The notes under the pieces were generated by a model that saw only the letters and a list, made by a program, of their open reading frames with translations, did not search any database and had not been told where the DNA came from. From an uncultured Bacteroides sp. (GTDB taxonomy: Bacteria > Bacteroidota > Bacteroidia > Bacteroidales > GCA-2748055): DNA of 64,000 nucleotides. Both the position numbers and the translations under genes were made by a program. Shown in pieces: positions 61,784 to 64,000 of this stretch. Numbering within the stretch: position 1 is the stretch's first letter; every line of letters starts with the position of its first letter. Location: the NCBI GenBank assembly GCA_964453785.1, contig CAYVRK010000007.1, positions 57,511 through 121,510 of the forward strand. Reading direction: 5' to 3'.

Positions 61784-64000
61784 TTATCTGATCACAGTTA
61801 TATAACCTATGTGACGTTTATCGCTTCCATCGTTATAGTGTATTACAAAATGGTATGAATCAACCGGAACCGGTTTCTCCTTCATATCGCGCCCATCCCA
61901 TGGTTCCGGATAACCGGGTGCAGACCTCCACACCAGTGTGCCCCATTGGTCAAAAATATCTACAACCGCATTTTCAAACTCCTTCAATGCCAAAATGTTC
62001 CACACGTCATTCACTCCATCATCGTTGGGTGTGATCCCTGTAGGAATATCGATCAAATGACTCAGATCACACTCCCAGATCAGAACAGTATCGCTCCCTG
62101 CACATCCATTACTGTTTTGCACCTCCACCCAGATTTCCCGTGTTCCCTCATTGAATACAGTAATTTGCTGGCTTTTATCCCCGGTGGACCATAAATACGC
62201 ATCCCCTTCATCGCCGGCATCCAGTATTATCCCCTCCATGGAACATACCGTAGTATCAGGGCCAAGGTCAACAAAAGGTGGTTCAACCTCTGATACATAC
62301 AGGCTGTCATATGTTGAACAACCATTAGAATCATCAACTTCCAAAACTACCCACCCTTCCTGGTCAGCTGTATACTGCGCACCCGTACTTCCATCATGCC
62401 ACAGGTATGAAGCGAATGCTCCTTCAGGTGAGATCGTGACAGACTCTCCAGCACAGAAAATTACATTTTCACCAAGGTCCAGGGAAGGTCCTCCAATATC
62501 AACGGACAAAGTGACCGGGACAGAAATACATCCTTCCATTGTGGTTTCTGTCAGTTCCAGGAAACCCGTTATGATCTGAGTTCCCCAATCTACAAAAATT
62601 GATTCATTGTCATTAATCACAATGGTTCCGTTTGTAATATTCCAGTTGAAAGTTGAACCTGTCTGGCCCCCCGCCGCATAATGGTAAAGCGGACCATTGA
62701 TACAGGCTGCATCTTCCATTTCAACGAAGATTGGAGCAGGTACATCGTAGGTTGAAACAGTTACCGAAGCTGCGGATGTGGTGTCGCAATCAGATTCAAA
62801 TCTGACGAAATAGGTTGTGGTTGTATCAGGGGCTGCAAGAACCAGAGCATTTCCGGTACCGACCGTCAATGCAAAGGAGCTATCTTTATACCAGACCGCA
62901 GTGGTACCTGCTCCTTCGGTTCCCCCACTATAACTCAGGGTAATGTTTCCATTACCAGGACAGACACTGTCATGATCAACGAATGCTTCATCAGGAGGAA
63001 GGGCTGATGTCAGGACGACAACCTGAAAGGAACATGAGTCCCCATTTCCCGTTAAATCCGCAATATTGTACCAAACAGTAGTGACACCGCTGTTAAAACT
63101 ACTTCCACTGGCATCATCAGAACCGTTGCCTGTTGTGGCCCCTTCCAGTCTGTAGGTTACCAAATGCACACCGCAATTATCCCCGGCAAATTGGGGGGCT
63201 ATTCCATTCACGACCATACTGCAATCGCCGGATTCCGCTGTCATCATTGCATCTCCCGAACAATTGATCTGGGGGTGAATCATATCTTGAACCGTAACGA
63301 TAGCTGAGCATTGGGACCAATTGCCATTTATATCGGTAGCTGTAAGGGTCACCATGTTATCTCCAATCTCGGAACAGGAAAAGCTATTGGGGGCAACAGT
63401 AAATGACGCAATTCCACAATTGTCGACAGAACCACCATCGATATCTGCAGCAACAATTGTGGCATTGCCTGTGGCATCAAGTTGTATGGTAATGTCCTTG
63501 CAAACAGCTACCGGACGGATGGTATCCATCAGAGTCACATCAAACGAGCAGGACTCAGTTGCGCCGTAGGCATTGTGAGCCGTAAGTGTAACAGTAAGAG
63601 CAGTCCCATGACCAGTAAAAACAGACCCGATGGCTGGCAACTGGGTAACTCCCGTTTCGCCTGAGACAATGGCCAGACTTCTGTAATCGGGAAGCATAAA
63701 TTCACAGTTCAGATCCACATATTCATTCAAGTTTCCCGGACAAGTAATTACCAGAGGATCCAATTCCTCAAGGGTTATATCAAATGAACATTGTGCACTG
63801 TTATCGCACCCATCATCCACTGTCATTGTTACAGTCTGTACAGTTCCAATCCCCGATATCACCGTTCCTGGAACTGGATTCTGTAAAATGGATGGTGAAG
63901 GATTGCAATTATCGGTTACCGTTAATAATCCAGAATAATCAGGAATTGTAAAGTTTTCACTTGGATCAACATTTTCTGTGGTGTTTGGTGCACAGACCGT
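61784..64000 (-). CDS. large cell-surface protein with HYR-like repeats and T9SS type-B (gliding-motility-associated) C-terminal domain; 5' end outside window
   Basis: The frame stays open to base 64000; I translated 63863-64000 as ...DNCNPSPSILQNPVPGTV. Repeated DNCG/CSFxVTL modules. The C-terminus is GITPNDDGVNDVWNI...PEPWDGRDMKEKPVPVDSYHFVIHYNDG...GYITVIR. Confidence 0.85.
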   Translation of the reverse strand, partial: TVCAPNTTENVDPSENFTIPDYSGLLTVTDNCNPSPSILQNPVPGTVISGIGTVQTVTMTVDDGCDNSAQCSFDITLEELDPLVITCPGNLNEYVDLNCEFMLPDYRSLAIVSGETGVTQLPAIGSVFTGHGTALTVTLTAHNAYGATESCSFDVTLMDTIRPVAVCKDITIQLDATGNATIVAADIDGGSVDNCGIASFTVAPNSFSCSEIGDNMVTLTATDINGNWSQCSAIVTVQDMIHPQINCSGDAMMTAESGDCSMVVNGIAPQFAGDNCGVHLVTYRLEGATTGNGSDDASGSSFNSGVTTVWYNIADLTGNGDSCSFQVVVLTSALPPDEAFVDHDSVCPGNGNITLSYSGGTEGAGTTAVWYKDSSFALTVGTGNALVLAAPDTTTTYFVRFESDCDTTSAASVTVSTYDVPAPIFVEMEDAACINGPLYHYAAGGQTGSTFNWNITNGTIVINDNESIFVDWGTQIITGFLELTETTMEGCISVPVTLSVDIGGPSLDLGENVIFCAGESVTISPEGAFASYLWHDGSTGAQYTADQEGWVVLEVDDSNGCSTYDSLYVSEVEPPFVDLGPDTTVCSMEGIILDAGDEGDAYLWSTGDKSQQITVFNEGTREIWVEVQNSNGCAGSDTVLIWECDLSHLIDIPTGITPNDDGVNDVWNILALKEFENAVVDIFDQWGTLVWRSAPGYPEPWDGRDMKEKPVPVDSYHFVIHYNDGSDKRHIGYITVIR

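Noticed and set aside
1-64000. CRISPR arrays, tRNA/rRNA genes, transposases/integrases, prophage or defence-island signatures.
   Set aside because: All intergenic regions are 331 bp or shorter. On inspection they contain only hairpins and promoter-like motifs. No repeat-spacer periodicity, cloverleaf-like sequence or recombinase-like ORF was seen. My by-eye scan cannot exclude short ncRNAs.

Overview
This 64-kb chromosomal window looks like it comes from an anaerobic member of the Bacteroidota. Supporting signs are a T9SS PorP/SprF gene next to a type-B CTD adhesin, a T9SS type-A cargo protein, a CarboxypepD_reg TonB-dependent receptor and a type III glutamine synthetase. DUF2851, DUF3109 and DUF4294 genes, TTG..TAnnTTTG promoter-like motifs and an [FeFe]-hydrogenase point the same way. 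I call 56 tightly packed protein-coding genes. I saw no rRNA, tRNA, CRISPR array, transposase or integrase.

The stand-out is the first 12.6 kb, a dense redox island. Six c-type cytochromes carry 7, 19, 6(+1), 4, 10(+1) and 6 heme-binding motifs, which is 52 canonical CXXCH plus two CX3CH. The island also holds a stand-alone diheme-b-type membrane cytochrome, the 3' end of an outer-membrane beta-barrel gene, a tandem-rhodanese lipoprotein, an OB-fold-like lipoprotein and a Crp/Fnr regulator. It contains an ImcH-like and a CbcL-like (19-heme plus b-type membrane domain) protein, a decaheme lipoprotein and a hexaheme lipoprotein with a collagen-like stalk. No molybdopterin, sirohaem or NrfA-type catalytic subunit lies in the window. 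I read it as a candidate, uncharacterised trans-envelope electron-transfer or chalcogen/metal respiration system. This is inference from motifs only.

The remaining genes are mostly housekeeping:
- an acyl-CoA carboxylase operon
- rpsO-pnp
- sucC
- pyrF-prfA-purM
- GSIII
- a four-gene bifurcating-type [FeFe] hydrogenase
- a LiaF-like/LytS/LytTR module

All product calls rest on motif and family recognition by eye. No searches were run.
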